The notes beneath the pieces were generated by a model. The model did not search any database, was not told the DNA's origin, and saw only the letters and a list, made by a program, of their open reading frames with translations. Position numbers and translations under genes: made by a program. Shown piece by piece: positions 36,501 through 44,400 of a stretch of 64,000 nt of DNA (positions are counted from its first letter, which is position 1; each line of letters opens with the position of its first letter). Source of the stretch: a virus (Duplodnaviria > Caudoviricetes); the IMG/VR virus record IMGVR_UViG_3300020037_002731, positions 1-64,000 of that record. One strand, written 5' to 3'.

Positions 36501-36773
36501 AAAATGCATACTTGCATTTCCTAGTACATCCCAATTACTTTGATTACTATGCCTAATATCATCTCTTAAAAATCCAGACATTAATCCATAATCTAAACCA
36601 TAAGGTTTTAAATTATTAAACTCTCCATACTTTCCTATATTTTCAGATAAGTTAGGTAATACTTTACTTCCAGGACTAGGTGAACCTACAAACCCATCTC
36701 CAACTAAAGAAATATCTTTAGGAAAAGAATCTGTATTATTTTTATTTAGATTAATTGTTGTTGGAAATCCCAT
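24567..36773 (-). CDS. Giant virion RNA polymerase polyprotein (4068 aa): N-terminal membrane-type region, zincin, crAss-type two-barrel RNAP, ASCH domain, Dda/RecD-like SF1 helicase
   Basis: SLRVPTQG...LP...GD.V..P......GQDFDDDSL (DFDDD at 28890-28904) matches the crAss vRNAP RIPTQ...DFDID motif. HEAFH at 32739-32753. SGTKTTTIR (ASCH). GYAGTGKT at 25968-25991, IIDESSM, GDKGQIKPV, HKSQG, YVGMSRA. Confidence 0.9.
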   Translation of the reverse strand: MGFPTTINLNKNNTDSFPKDISLVGDGFVGSPSPGSKVLPNLSENIGKYGEFNNLKPYGLDYGLMSGFLRDDIRHSNQSNWDVLGNASMHFAGSALNAALEIPAIFYGALKVPFVQIDELTKGKSAKTAYVNGLSEIFDNEISRGVVDPINNWFQDTFKVYQSQAQKDSNFFSYENLASGHFLDALLSGAGYTAGSFLTGAALTKAFNLGKAASVGTKFKDAEAAVQAASKGINTISPNLKAQLTLGTIMATMESSLEARQTKDQILETLKDRNDLSDAQKEEIANSGSLANFAINMAVLAPTNTFIFKNLIRPGANDVEAGLKTVLKDGKLIEDAGSKYAKAFRKVKNPVTESIVTEGGQEYLQFASNAAINDYLDNKYNGNNANIFESIGKALYDGLTTKEGLESTVIGGLIGGGAGTLGHFRNAKSDAERKKFQLDFANKMLPQLNEVMKNKLLETDRTLTYQQLADEAITNRDKFNYFNDRHSSIVSLVQQNLQAGTLGILIDRVNSLKNASAEELNQVFGNDVTIADTQRWDSNDTINSLVKEINNIKKVNDAVLLNLPNPYDQKKDTAKYLTFKELQNLATHTASSLDNTNNRILKINADLNSFGVSFNNIYFNTLDKKGKEEYIEATNQEIKDTNPVHHKHLIESVNDIIKLNKRREIYTKAYNDLTSEKGIKENLEKIETKQNPPKPEVKVEEKPPTPPTPPQPPIVTDSFDITIEKQGVLGSKIKVKVNPQGVWEDEKGNTYTEENGYYEPGKTNINKGTKQVLYGENHFTRMWFQGYASNRGFSAKTKELINKIAKLPNWKDYVSIKVNKSQVNANLEEEQKNGQRTLFGNKEIKLQGRYDIDILLDITDPETGEVPEEGRNITGINNPNLFVDANGVTIDFNDAKWTLTEFNRVFSNYDEKLGSKPFTQSELDTFKANWDLLKRFNDDLVKWFSTQNLPEVPLPKGAVDFDLSGEVSWIPRDEPSIDLDSTLFEGAFKDSPIVSEVSRTQSINGKDMTGIPFLSDQEYEFHKDNRFRKSFFVFAKLINGLGRWLPIQAKPIPSTDFLQNIKDIKAKIDANPNITREQADLITNDINFWIASLPGDVIKFVHNDKAGNKMQLALGYGIGNKITNRTILPDITNWTEVDLINFINASIKNKIKEIDENSFRQSIDPTNASIDQFSIRVNPEVLKNYTLLFKFDPKVLNQETINEQQEEKISEETTETKEIQEDIKETKVESKYSSELQDIIDSAIVAGYTPEEIQELIRDWNESNKDFNKTKIYTDESQLSSEPKTYDEIRARLLSQIPSGISIERIERVLDQLNVIGIPVGFYRDNAVYISEKMGYLDVDHEAFHAVFSTVLSPQEQERYLKAKSKELNYSPEQLNSEVQDLLSKRPDLIKLLKDKIISRKDIENLVFEEKLSDEYADKRNNKELNQPKPWKKVIFDLFDSIINFFTGNVKTIDLFNKIDRGAFVNSSINKSNPISPFVKAKLVGGLSAEESRNLIALITAKASSLDNTKSINTIINDLIEEYNPFSKSNLALINSKTSEFEKDQLKKLFKKYNFGIKNNKALVQSEAEKYLKYLRYNPITEEEENFDTDVDKDMKEYDRLDSEVNTLDRVSSEIKTFIASSIYTVNFYGKEIETAVNFPRVYNQLLSILTNQDANKVLGTIKALGTKNPEINALYNKLNTEKKYSKETPQGITFQDEMFLTRFVNQFKLARLPYVTVFTQDKKVLVKKTNKHDAGIYTFDNWSTNYSLVIDDKLLQDEKFRKDLQYNLENLVPFLEDKPVSDKWVVDGSNVIKGNLHKSTVVKKIFNSLGIELEESYLEVMFDNTDEDSLVLRELIKNEQGDITSADLIKLQDILFKNTGNSKESTEIRNPFLDSNLSGRLLAIANANAQFSKNFIIPNYRASDNTNRYTYVPYSSYSQLLKELSEKYETLQNIKVSTKKGEYLEFNNFLFGDNTDLIKGRFQNLEIFYIGDNSFEEGKTYKDSDAQDVLRVLHGLFQNRDKNGYYITAPSIIGDKRSFYGVTVPFRNLYEEGKISADGIQALKNLFTQEYKRLQGDYGKVTVPIWLYLPVINNHPEIFEKIKTQADINTHFESVVLPIIQADILSQIQKHEVKGMEFTEEYLYQFFLNNLINNSAVQQLTEGDLSQLKYIDLGTWEKSYNALFSERFKRESSLNASGKDMGEGNDKIIYTENTEAWVNIESGEVQWTKPEGEEAKKFYKKPINPDDAQVFQSPRGKFKDLKALGTLTELQKLALKKLNGEELDAEGNPVSLTREEIQSLDLVSQKHVTAGFDTLGNRVYYKMSIYTLTPWDTGYWNGKEWVAKKGQEQGFNRWKLLQNNNADLIVPKSAAKIFFGKSTPITGENPTIYEVPRKYRREQVLKESKDKTRVPWLTQIQQLIDFGLLDNEKNNLLKEEIQDIQVQLRNNTFDFLSSQLIDEQGNLKSDLSYVFQKYRDIIEETTSDMQMIELLRDTVGIPEYTLNLAHTRKKLEQIYLSGFKDAFQHKLGGAKLTMGSPIIYQTIRDENGEVIPSSQRNSDEYNDYPVSDLKVTWENGNPVGEIVISGYTAKRLGLKIGDTVVSLRVPTQGYNFMGRSKIVDILPDYMGDIVIAAPQLTLYAGQDFDDDSLFIFSKERHGKQYYGDATETEDKWEEYRDWYLNNNLDVKKELSKTLTELGYDKILKEVQELKLQRKINEWYIDDKDSFEWLFKQTRRDLKEALQKRYEDINDLRDYAARQVLEKFNLPGTLDDFILKGSPESQGALNNRLIIKLEEVMQQPELEKYFKQASTTDDTKESKEKIEKILGTDKITYNIFTPDGLIKAWDDNTASTTLRGSAVLAQSTGANLTKNRVDLNPEFYIQFNGETYKTFNTPDDVTYLKNNYSSEKVSTTIDNSKDPMASTFHWLVGSVSIFSYLNQLGINIKDGDAPLSVQPVIVKAGSLKPRELAPLLNDYMSKLKNKEVPNNLTSKELWDALEMDQNSQEFLQIQVKALRMYIKAQQISSFAFNVSRLNTLTRIIGSSFDTARSFLNSYDELTIPKLDKNGNPIPNPFDTVKLLQNEKNIVNNVRNLRKVLDIARNLFLQETEMFRNIQNETLSLLKGSTFKNTPKVRANLSTYLQMKVYKALNPNVKFAGLVTQLKDTTSEDLITTKFKNLLKYPEFKQNKFIKYLKPLSPGDKGNTTPLHILKFDSTTTPTKELSEVFIDSINQMYHSSNPEIAQFATDLLNYQAAMNNMEFGNNSFMRFIPVQMLRNLAQNLQKLNTELAKSNPSESVIKELTGKTSAELQNEFIRNYISNSNNYRSNVNKDSLPKEYKPVHEYRFSIELYSNEYLKPWINTPEGNKALSDELSKKYKDIQGDPEPKTNEEEIPEERFEISPEDQETIVLSPEIIQGIEGSEVLESPEKVLSLPMQSDNIEKIKSGTKTTTIRKEKLSEGTHKLPDGTLIEIKLIGEAKIEYLQGYANDEQGAEIDLKINGISQDLNTFAKNEGFEHWKDFTINNKFSSNFVNGNQSRFVYSIRPITQSEKTVQEEILPNPNIQEEPEIIEGNPMEFTFKSGYKLYLPFALNNEQRKALLKLEEFMNSGNKEITLSGYAGTGKTTLISLFDKYLSSQHRYPYYTAPTHRANAVTKLNNPNARVLTLHKLFGLTPDIRLDELGNYDIRDLEFAQKNKVKIQRGDLLIIDESSMVSDSLYDFIQKKIQELNIKVIYVGDKGQIKPVGQKNISKVFSTNQNPQIQLTKVERTGDNAILEESTNLRNGKDFTYTSKVNEKGIGVQYMDSTKEANDIISAAFTSDNFKQNKLFFRILSGTNQIVKEYNTLVRRILFNTNEQLVPGDILMGYDNFDIDYNTGEPLIINSGDYEVLSAKKSNKQIGSINESYSGYQVVLKNTLNSEDGNKYVFIVDNTEDPNKVLKFVQKVEAMNKEGAIAMKTGNRKKAAQMFAGARELQSQLAFMKDLKNQTGNYIVKKTLDYGYAHTIHKSQGGTYNKVLLLADTIDAFKDLELRQQLKYVGMSRATNNVFVLSSNNTSDLDDFIDYESIPQEPDELRNITQEEYDQIPNCVTI

Positions 36774-38524
36774 TATTTTATACTTAAGTTTCCTGTTTGA
36801 GGATTAATGAAATATATTTTTGATTTTTTTGTATCTGTATTAGTTACTCTATAACTTCCATCTAATAACTCTTCTGAAGTATATCTTCCAGGACTAGCTC
36901 CTGATTGAGAATTACTTGGAATTTCAAATTCATTATAAGCAAATCCATCTTTATTAATATTAGGACTTTGAGAGGCTCTTAATATTCCATTAGCAAAGTA
37001 TTGTGGAGCTTGTCTAGCTGTAATAGTAGGAGATTGAATAACTTTAACTATTTGCCCTCCATTGTCTATAGCTACTTCTGTACTACCATATTCATGAGGA
37101 GAAAATACATCTTCATAAGTACCAGAGTAACTTACAGGCTTTCCTTTAAATGTACCTACAAATTCTTTACCAGTGTATATTTTTCCACTTTCATCTGCAT
37201 AAGAGAAATTAGAAGCTAATCCATCACCTACCATTCCTTTACCATCACTACCTGGAAAGAAAGCTTCATTATAATTTTTTCTATAAGGAGAGTTAAGATT
37301 AGGTATAACTAAAGAACCTTGTACTGTAGCATTTTGTCTAAAATTTAAGTAATCAGACACACCTTTAGTTTTTTCTTCTTCAGTATTCCAATTATCTTGT
37401 ATAAAGCCTCTATTTTTAGCAGCTTGTTCTAAGTTTTTATAACCTTCAGTATTTACATCTAAAGTATCATTATCTTCAAATATATTCTTAAATATTGCTG
37501 TAGCTAACCATTGAAGCCCACCAGACATTCCTACTACTCCAGGAGTTTCATTTAAATCTTTCTGAAATGATCCATGAGTTCTGATTTTACCATCTGAACT
37601 TACATAATAAGGAGATTCTCCTTGAATCTTACTTCCTGGTTGAAATATACTTCCTGGGATTAAAGGACTTTCTTTTTCTTCAAACTCTTTATTTAATCTT
37701 GCATACCCTAAACTTCTTCCAGTGTAATCAAGTTTATTAATTGCATTTGAATAACTAAATTGTGAAGACCTAGCTCTATCAGCTACCCACTCTTCAAATG
37801 TTTTATCTGTATTTCCATTATATTGTTCAAATCTATGATCTTTAGCCATTTGTTGATAAGCTTCAGAACTTAATCCAGATAAAAACATTGAGCCTATTCT
37901 ATCATCACTAACTATCCCACCTTTTCCATCAGTAGCAAATCTGCCTGTAGTATTATCAATAAAATCTCCATTTACAAAAGATACTCCCATATCTCCTATA
38001 TCCTTTAAATTATCATGAAATTCTTTATTATAATCATAATAAGGATCTATACTAGGAGGAAGTTTTAAAGTATTAGCTACACTTGTATCTCCCATTTGAT
38101 ACCTTTTAACAGCATCTAAATAGTCTAAAGCATTTTGATCTCTATAATCTTTACCTAATTTTTCTACATTCTTTTGGTACTCATTAAAAGCATTAGTTCT
38201 TTGGATAGCTCCATACACTTCTTTATCATTACTAAATGTACTTCTTAATCCTCTTAATTTATTTTGAGTAACTGGATCATCTAACTTTCCTGAAACCAAA
38301 TCATTCATTCCTTGTACTAAAGAATTTACTTTGTTTATTTTATATTCTGTATCTGGATTAAATACTGTTGCATAGTTTCCTTCTGTATTAAGAAAATCTT
38401 GTCCAGAATTTATAATATCCTGAATTCCAGCATCTTTCATTAACCCAACCTTAAATGCAGCTTCAAGTGGTTTGTGTACATATTGTGTTGGAGTTATAGC
38501 TCCACTGTATCTTGATGTAGCCAT
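36773..38524 (-). CDS. Virion cargo/ejection protein (583 aa)
   Basis: Position between the major cargo gene and vRNAP. MATSRY...QYVHKPL N-terminus as recalled for crAss cargo proteins. Confidence 0.6.
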   Translation of the reverse strand: MATSRYSGAITPTQYVHKPLEAAFKVGLMKDAGIQDIINSGQDFLNTEGNYATVFNPDTEYKINKVNSLVQGMNDLVSGKLDDPVTQNKLRGLRSTFSNDKEVYGAIQRTNAFNEYQKNVEKLGKDYRDQNALDYLDAVKRYQMGDTSVANTLKLPPSIDPYYDYNKEFHDNLKDIGDMGVSFVNGDFIDNTTGRFATDGKGGIVSDDRIGSMFLSGLSSEAYQQMAKDHRFEQYNGNTDKTFEEWVADRARSSQFSYSNAINKLDYTGRSLGYARLNKEFEEKESPLIPGSIFQPGSKIQGESPYYVSSDGKIRTHGSFQKDLNETPGVVGMSGGLQWLATAIFKNIFEDNDTLDVNTEGYKNLEQAAKNRGFIQDNWNTEEEKTKGVSDYLNFRQNATVQGSLVIPNLNSPYRKNYNEAFFPGSDGKGMVGDGLASNFSYADESGKIYTGKEFVGTFKGKPVSYSGTYEDVFSPHEYGSTEVAIDNGGQIVKVIQSPTITARQAPQYFANGILRASQSPNINKDGFAYNEFEIPSNSQSGASPGRYTSEELLDGSYRVTNTDTKKSKIYFINPQTGNLSIK

Positions 38525-38525
38525 A

Positions 38526-41348
38526 CTATTCTGTAGTTTTTTTACTTACTTCATTAGGTGAAACTGAACTGTAGAATACTCTTCCTACATTATTCTTGTA
38601 CATATATTTTCCTGTCTTAGAATCATAGCTATAATATTTTAAGCCCTCATTAAGTATCTTACCCAACTCTTTATCATATCCAATATTGCTAATATCATTA
38701 ACAGCAGCTCCTAAATATCCTAAAGCATTATCTTGCCTTTTACTAGCATCTTGAGTATTCTCATTCTGATAAGTATGCATGGCAGCTTGTCTAAATCTAT
38801 TGTTACTATCTTGTAATTGAGCTATTGCTCCTTTCTTATTAGTTTCTCTATCTAATTTTTCAGCTTGTTCTCTAAAAGCTATTTCATTATCAGCATTTAA
38901 TTTAGTACCTAAGTTATTAGCTTGTAAAGAATTTCTAACACTAGGAGAATAATTAGTTGCAGTTTTATCTGCTGCTCTTAAACTTCTTGTATTTCTATTA
39001 TACAATTGTGAATAATCAGGAGTAGTTTGAATACTTTGTAATGTAGTTAAAGCTTCATTATTAGGTTTTTCAAGATAGTTTTTATTTTTATTAAATAAAG
39101 ATATTCCAGCAGCTATAGTATTAAAAGCTGGTGAAATATAATCTGCATAATTAATACCCTCACCACCTGGAGTACTTAAATTTGTACTTTTATTAGCACT
39201 TGCAGGAGAATTCATTTTACTGTACTCATTATATCTATCTTCTAAAGGCATTGTAGCTATTCTAGAGTTATTATATTTCATAGGGAATACATCCATACTT
39301 TCTCCCATAGCTCCTGTTAATCCATCATTATTATTAGGTAAAATACCTTGAGCAAAATTATATTGATCACTAGCACTTGAAGCACCTGATTCTAAATTAT
39401 TAGTATTGTAAGGTTGCCAATTACCTCTTCCCAAAATATTATCTTGAAGTTGTTCAAATCCAAAAGGATTGTCTGTTAAATCTCCACCTAAAGGATATTT
39501 ATTCAACATTCCTCCCCATTTCTTTTGAAAAGAACTAAAACTCTTTTGAAATTTACTCTGAAGAGCTATTTCATTTTTTTCAGTTAAATTTTTATACATA
39601 AAATTCTTAGTAACATTAGAAATTTCGTCATTTCTTCCTTTAAATTTATTATCTATCTTTTTACTTAAATCTGCAAAAGTTTTATTAACTTTTTTAGCAT
39701 TAGTCTGTACTTGTCCTTTTTTATCTACTCCTAAAGTATCACTGTAAATATAATCTCCTCTCATAGTTTCATCTCCTTCAACTTCAGCTACAGCACTGTT
39801 AGGGTTATTAACTGGTACTCCTAATTTATTAATTTTAATTCCACCTTGTTCATGTTTAGCTCCATTAAATCTAGTTAAATCTCCACCATTTTTAAAGCTA
39901 TTTCCATAAGGATTAGGATTGTATGTCTGTCTAATTGGAGTACTAGTATCTTGAGGATCTTGCTTTGTAAATTCATTAATAGCTCCTGTAGCTAATCCAC
40001 TTGCTCCACCTAGTATCATAGGTACTCCTACTGCTGCTCCTGCTCCTGTAGCACTTAAAGCTATTCCTCCTGCTAAACTTCCTATACTACCTAAGTTTTC
40101 TCCTAAGAAAGATCCAAAAGTATGTTTAGGTAATCTTTTTTGCTCTTCAGTAATTTTAGGAGCAGACATTTTATGAGGTTTTGCTAATATTCTATCTTGT
40201 AAAGCATGAAAATTGATTGTATCAGGAGCAGGAGATAAACTAGGTTTATAATTCTTAGGATATACTTTTCCACCATCTTTAAATTTATATCCCATACCTA
40301 CTTCAGCTTGTGTAGCTCCAGTACTTCCATTTTTAGAAATATCTCCAGATAAGTATAAATCATTAGCATTTTTATTTCTTCTTCCAAATTTATTTAAATT
40401 TAATTCTCCTTTGATTCCCGCATTAATATGTTCTGTTCCACTTAATCTATTCTCATATGCTTTACCATCTATCCCCCAACCAAGATCTAAATAAGGATTT
40501 ATACTTCCTATTTTGTTTCCTTGATGATTCATAAAATTTCTTTGTACTCCAGTTCTAAAATTAGTATAAGGTGTTAATCTATTATCTGCAAATTTAACTC
40601 CTCCTTCTACTTGTATTGGTACAGTATATTTTTTATTTTCTCCATCTAGTACATCAGAATTATATTTTAATCCTGCTTTTAAGTTAGGAGAATTTTTATT
40701 TATTATTTCAGAATTATTTATCCAAGGATCTTTTTTCTCTTGAGTTCTATCCATGCCACCAGCTAACTCTAAACTTATAAAATCTCTATCACTAGGTAAT
40801 TTTCTATTACCTCCCAGGTTTTTACTATAGTTTAAACTAGTTTTACCTATATTTAAAGAATTTTCAGCTATAGTATTCCAAGGAATTTCCTGATTATAAA
40901 AATTTTCTTTGTTAGTTAAAGATAATTCTGATTTATTTAATTTTCCTCCACCCTTAAAAAAATAAGGTTGTTTAGGTTTAGGTGCTGGTTTTTGTAATTT
41001 ACCATCAAATCCACTATATTCTCCATTAGCATCAGCTATAGGTATTTTATTAAATCCTTTTATTTTATAATTTTCTCCTAAACTTCTAAGATCATTAACT
41101 AATGAATCTATTCTAGGTGCATTGTCTAATATTTGTTGAGAATATCCTTGAGCTTTATCTATAGGTAAAAGTCCATTTTTCATATCTTTTAACATAGCAC
41201 TATCCATACTATTAGTATAGTTATACAAAGCTAGAGAATCTTGATATTTTCTAACTTTATTAGGATCAGTAGTTTGGATTGGTGGTTTTATAATACCTCC
41301 ATCTGGATATTTAAGATATTTAGAAAATTTTGATTTAGATTTTTTCAT
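38526..41348 (-). CDS. Modular virion cargo protein with glycine-zipper TM segment and HEQGG...EVEGDE module
   Basis: GSIGSLAGGIALSATGAGAAVGVPMILGGASGLATGAI; KHEQGGI; AEVEGDE...DYIYSD; five (F/Y)xxGG motifs. Likely start MKKSKS at 41348. Confidence 0.75.
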   Translation of the reverse strand: MKKSKSKFSKYLKYPDGGIIKPPIQTTDPNKVRKYQDSLALYNYTNSMDSAMLKDMKNGLLPIDKAQGYSQQILDNAPRIDSLVNDLRSLGENYKIKGFNKIPIADANGEYSGFDGKLQKPAPKPKQPYFFKGGGKLNKSELSLTNKENFYNQEIPWNTIAENSLNIGKTSLNYSKNLGGNRKLPSDRDFISLELAGGMDRTQEKKDPWINNSEIINKNSPNLKAGLKYNSDVLDGENKKYTVPIQVEGGVKFADNRLTPYTNFRTGVQRNFMNHQGNKIGSINPYLDLGWGIDGKAYENRLSGTEHINAGIKGELNLNKFGRRNKNANDLYLSGDISKNGSTGATQAEVGMGYKFKDGGKVYPKNYKPSLSPAPDTINFHALQDRILAKPHKMSAPKITEEQKRLPKHTFGSFLGENLGSIGSLAGGIALSATGAGAAVGVPMILGGASGLATGAINEFTKQDPQDTSTPIRQTYNPNPYGNSFKNGGDLTRFNGAKHEQGGIKINKLGVPVNNPNSAVAEVEGDETMRGDYIYSDTLGVDKKGQVQTNAKKVNKTFADLSKKIDNKFKGRNDEISNVTKNFMYKNLTEKNEIALQSKFQKSFSSFQKKWGGMLNKYPLGGDLTDNPFGFEQLQDNILGRGNWQPYNTNNLESGASSASDQYNFAQGILPNNNDGLTGAMGESMDVFPMKYNNSRIATMPLEDRYNEYSKMNSPASANKSTNLSTPGGEGINYADYISPAFNTIAAGISLFNKNKNYLEKPNNEALTTLQSIQTTPDYSQLYNRNTRSLRAADKTATNYSPSVRNSLQANNLGTKLNADNEIAFREQAEKLDRETNKKGAIAQLQDSNNRFRQAAMHTYQNENTQDASKRQDNALGYLGAAVNDISNIGYDKELGKILNEGLKYYSYDSKTGKYMYKNNVGRVFYSSVSPNEVSKKTTE

Positions 41349-41390
41349 GGTAAGAAAATAAAGAATATTATATAAACGGGTAAATATAAT

Positions 41391-41414
41391 AAAAAAGGTT
41401 ATCAATAGATAACC
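41391..41414 (-). terminator. Intrinsic terminator after the muzzle gene
   Basis: Minus strand GGTTATC-tatt-GATAACC-TTTTTT. Confidence 0.7.
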
Positions 41415-41416
41415 CT

Positions 41417-41448
41417 TAAAGATACAAAATTATATTGGTAAATCCAAA
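41417..41448 (-). promoter_or_regulatory. Bacteroidota sigma70-type promoter for the cargo operon
   Basis: TTTG-gatttaccaatataattttg(20 nt)-TATCTTTA. Confidence 0.7.
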
Positions 41449-44400
41449 TTAATTTCTGACTGAATTATTCTGTTCTTGGATAGTAAATACAGTATTAAGA
41501 ATAAGATCATTTCTGTTAAATATCAATCTTGCTTTGTTCCAACTTCCTTTTAGAGGTTTTAGCTCATACCAGTTCTTATTAACATTAATAGCTGCTTGAT
41601 TAATTACCTTATCTATAGGATAACTTGTAACAAAATTTGTGTCAGCCCAACTACTAGTTGTACTACTAATTGCAGTATTAGCATTATTAGTTTTATCCCA
41701 AAGGTAATTTAAGCTCCATATTCCATCATTAGTACTAATAAGTACATTAGTATCTGTTCCTGTAACAGTAGGATAAGTTACTGTTTGTGAAGGAATATTA
41801 GGATCATTAACTACAAAAACTAGAGATCCAGTATTCTGATTATTATTGTACACATACCCAGAATCAAAGGTTATGTACTTGTACTCATAGATATTTTCTA
41901 AATCTTCAGTAGGTTCATAACAACTTGTTTTCCAAAATACAGTATTAAGTTTTGACACTAAACTCTTACTTTTAGCTGGAATTTCTAAAATATAAGGGTA
42001 TTCTACAGTATAATAATCATTAAATGTAATTTCACTATTGTGAGAATAAATATCATTATCTACTCCACTAAGGTAAGTATCAGTTCTTTGAATATAGAAT
42101 AATGGGATAAAGCTATACCAAGATACCCAAACATTTAGTTCAGGACTATAACTCATTGTCCAGGATTTATTAATAAATACTTCAGTATCACTTAAATCTA
42201 CATACTCTTTTTCTTCTCCTTCACCAAAATAAAACCTACCATCTTCTTCCATACTAGGTTTATTTTCCTGATCAAAGACTTTAAAATCTCTTTTAGTGAG
42301 AATCCAGAGTTTGTTCTGGGAGTCCCAGGTAGATATAAAGCCAATGCCATTAGGATTATTAGGGTTATCATAATTAGGAAAAGTTGGATAATCATTAAGT
42401 AAATTTAATTTCAAATTACTATTAAACCATGAACTCATTTTAATATTACTAATAGGTAAGAAATTATCAGTAAATTTAAATACCATACTTCTCAAATCAT
42501 CCACCATAAAACTTCCATAAGGAGTACTATTAAAAGCCCATTGAGATCTAGTTCCTACATATCCAGCATCTACATTAAATATTTCTACTGGTTCAGGATC
42601 AAATAAACTTCCAGTTCCTATTTCTACAGTACTTTCATTATTAGTTTCTAATCTTTGATTAAACTGTTTTATAAAGATACCATTATTAAATCTGTACAAG
42701 ATTCTAGCTCCACTTAAGTTTCTAACATCCCATAACTCTCCTTTGTTCTTATTAAAATCATAATAATTATTAGGTAAATATACTAACCAATTATCTTGAG
42801 TTCCTTCTGTTTGATCTTTTTCAGAGTATATTGTTCTTGTATAAAAATGATTATCACATTCATCAGGTTCAAAAGAATCAGGTTGAGTACAAATACTATT
42901 GAAATTCCTTGAAGTACTATAATCAGAGTTGTACAAGTAGTAATTATCAACATCAGCCCACATATTAGTAGGACTTTCAAATTGAAATAATTGTAATGCA
43001 AAATCATCTAAATTAGGATAAAATGTTTCCTTATTAGTTAATCCAGAATACCTATAATTAGTATTAATACTACTCTCACAATAAAATACTGGATTACCAT
43101 ACAATAATCTAAATGGATCATTACCTCCAGTCCCATCTCCTCCCCATTCTCCATCATCATTTAGTATATCATCTGTATTAGCTATTCCAATGTTACTTAC
43201 ATATTGAGGGTACAAAGTTCTCTTATGAAAACTAAAGAATGAAATAAAAGTATCTCCTCCAAATAAACATCCTGTATTTACTTCATCTCTTCCAACACTG
43301 CACATATTAAATGGAGCTATGTAAGTTACATTTTCAATATTTCCCCATAAGTTAGGTATGTTATTTTTTAATGCCCCATAATAAGAGGATATATCTCCAT
43401 CTACTATTCCTGGAATTGTATAATCTGATTTACTATCATCAGGTTTTGTATTAGCTAAAAATACATTAGTTGTATCTAGCATTACAGTACTTTCTCTGTA
43501 CAAGTTGTTTACATTGCCTAATGTAGTACTCTGATATGAATTATTTAATATGTACTCTTTATTATCTATTTCTCTTCTTACTGAAGTAAATTGAGGAAGT
43601 ACATAATTATTGTACCAACCAGTACTAAAAACTATATCTCCTAAGAAGTTAATATTATTTTCAGTATTAGTTCCTGTATTTACATCTGATACTGGTACAG
43701 AATAATCATATCCTGAATACCTAGCAGTTCCAAATTCTTCAGCTTCTAATTTTAATTCTGAAGTACTCCCTATTGAAGTATTTTTAAATGTTGTATCAGG
43801 AGAATAAAATGAAAATGAATTTAATAAGGCATCATCTGTTTGTGCAAAGTTAGCAAATGAACTTAAATCATTGTACATCCAATTAGTATAAATATAAGGA
43901 GCTGGAACTACTGCATTAGCAGCACCACCTGGAGCTTCTTGCTCCATATTATTAAATAATAATCCTTTAGCTACTATACTTTTTTGGTAAGTTCTATCTC
44001 CTATTACTATTTCATACCCTACAATATCTGGAAATAAAGTAGTATCTATTTGAATATTATCACATTGAATTCCTAGTATATGTAAATAAGGGTACTCACT
44101 AATTGTGGCACTTCCATTTAAATTCTCATGAATATGATCTATACTACAATCAGGCATTTTGTGGTGTCTAATAGGTTGACCAGCTAAATCTATTACTCCA
44201 TTATTCCATACATCAGGAATATTAGGGTAGGTCAAAGTACTTTCCCAATAACTCATTTCTCCATACTCATAACATCCTTCATAAGTACCAGCACTTCCTC
44301 CTGCAAGTATGTAAGCATCATACTCTGAAGTAAAGTCTATCTTCTCTCCTGTATTATATATTTTCCATCTAGGAGTACTATTTGTTTGTCCTGTTAGTAA

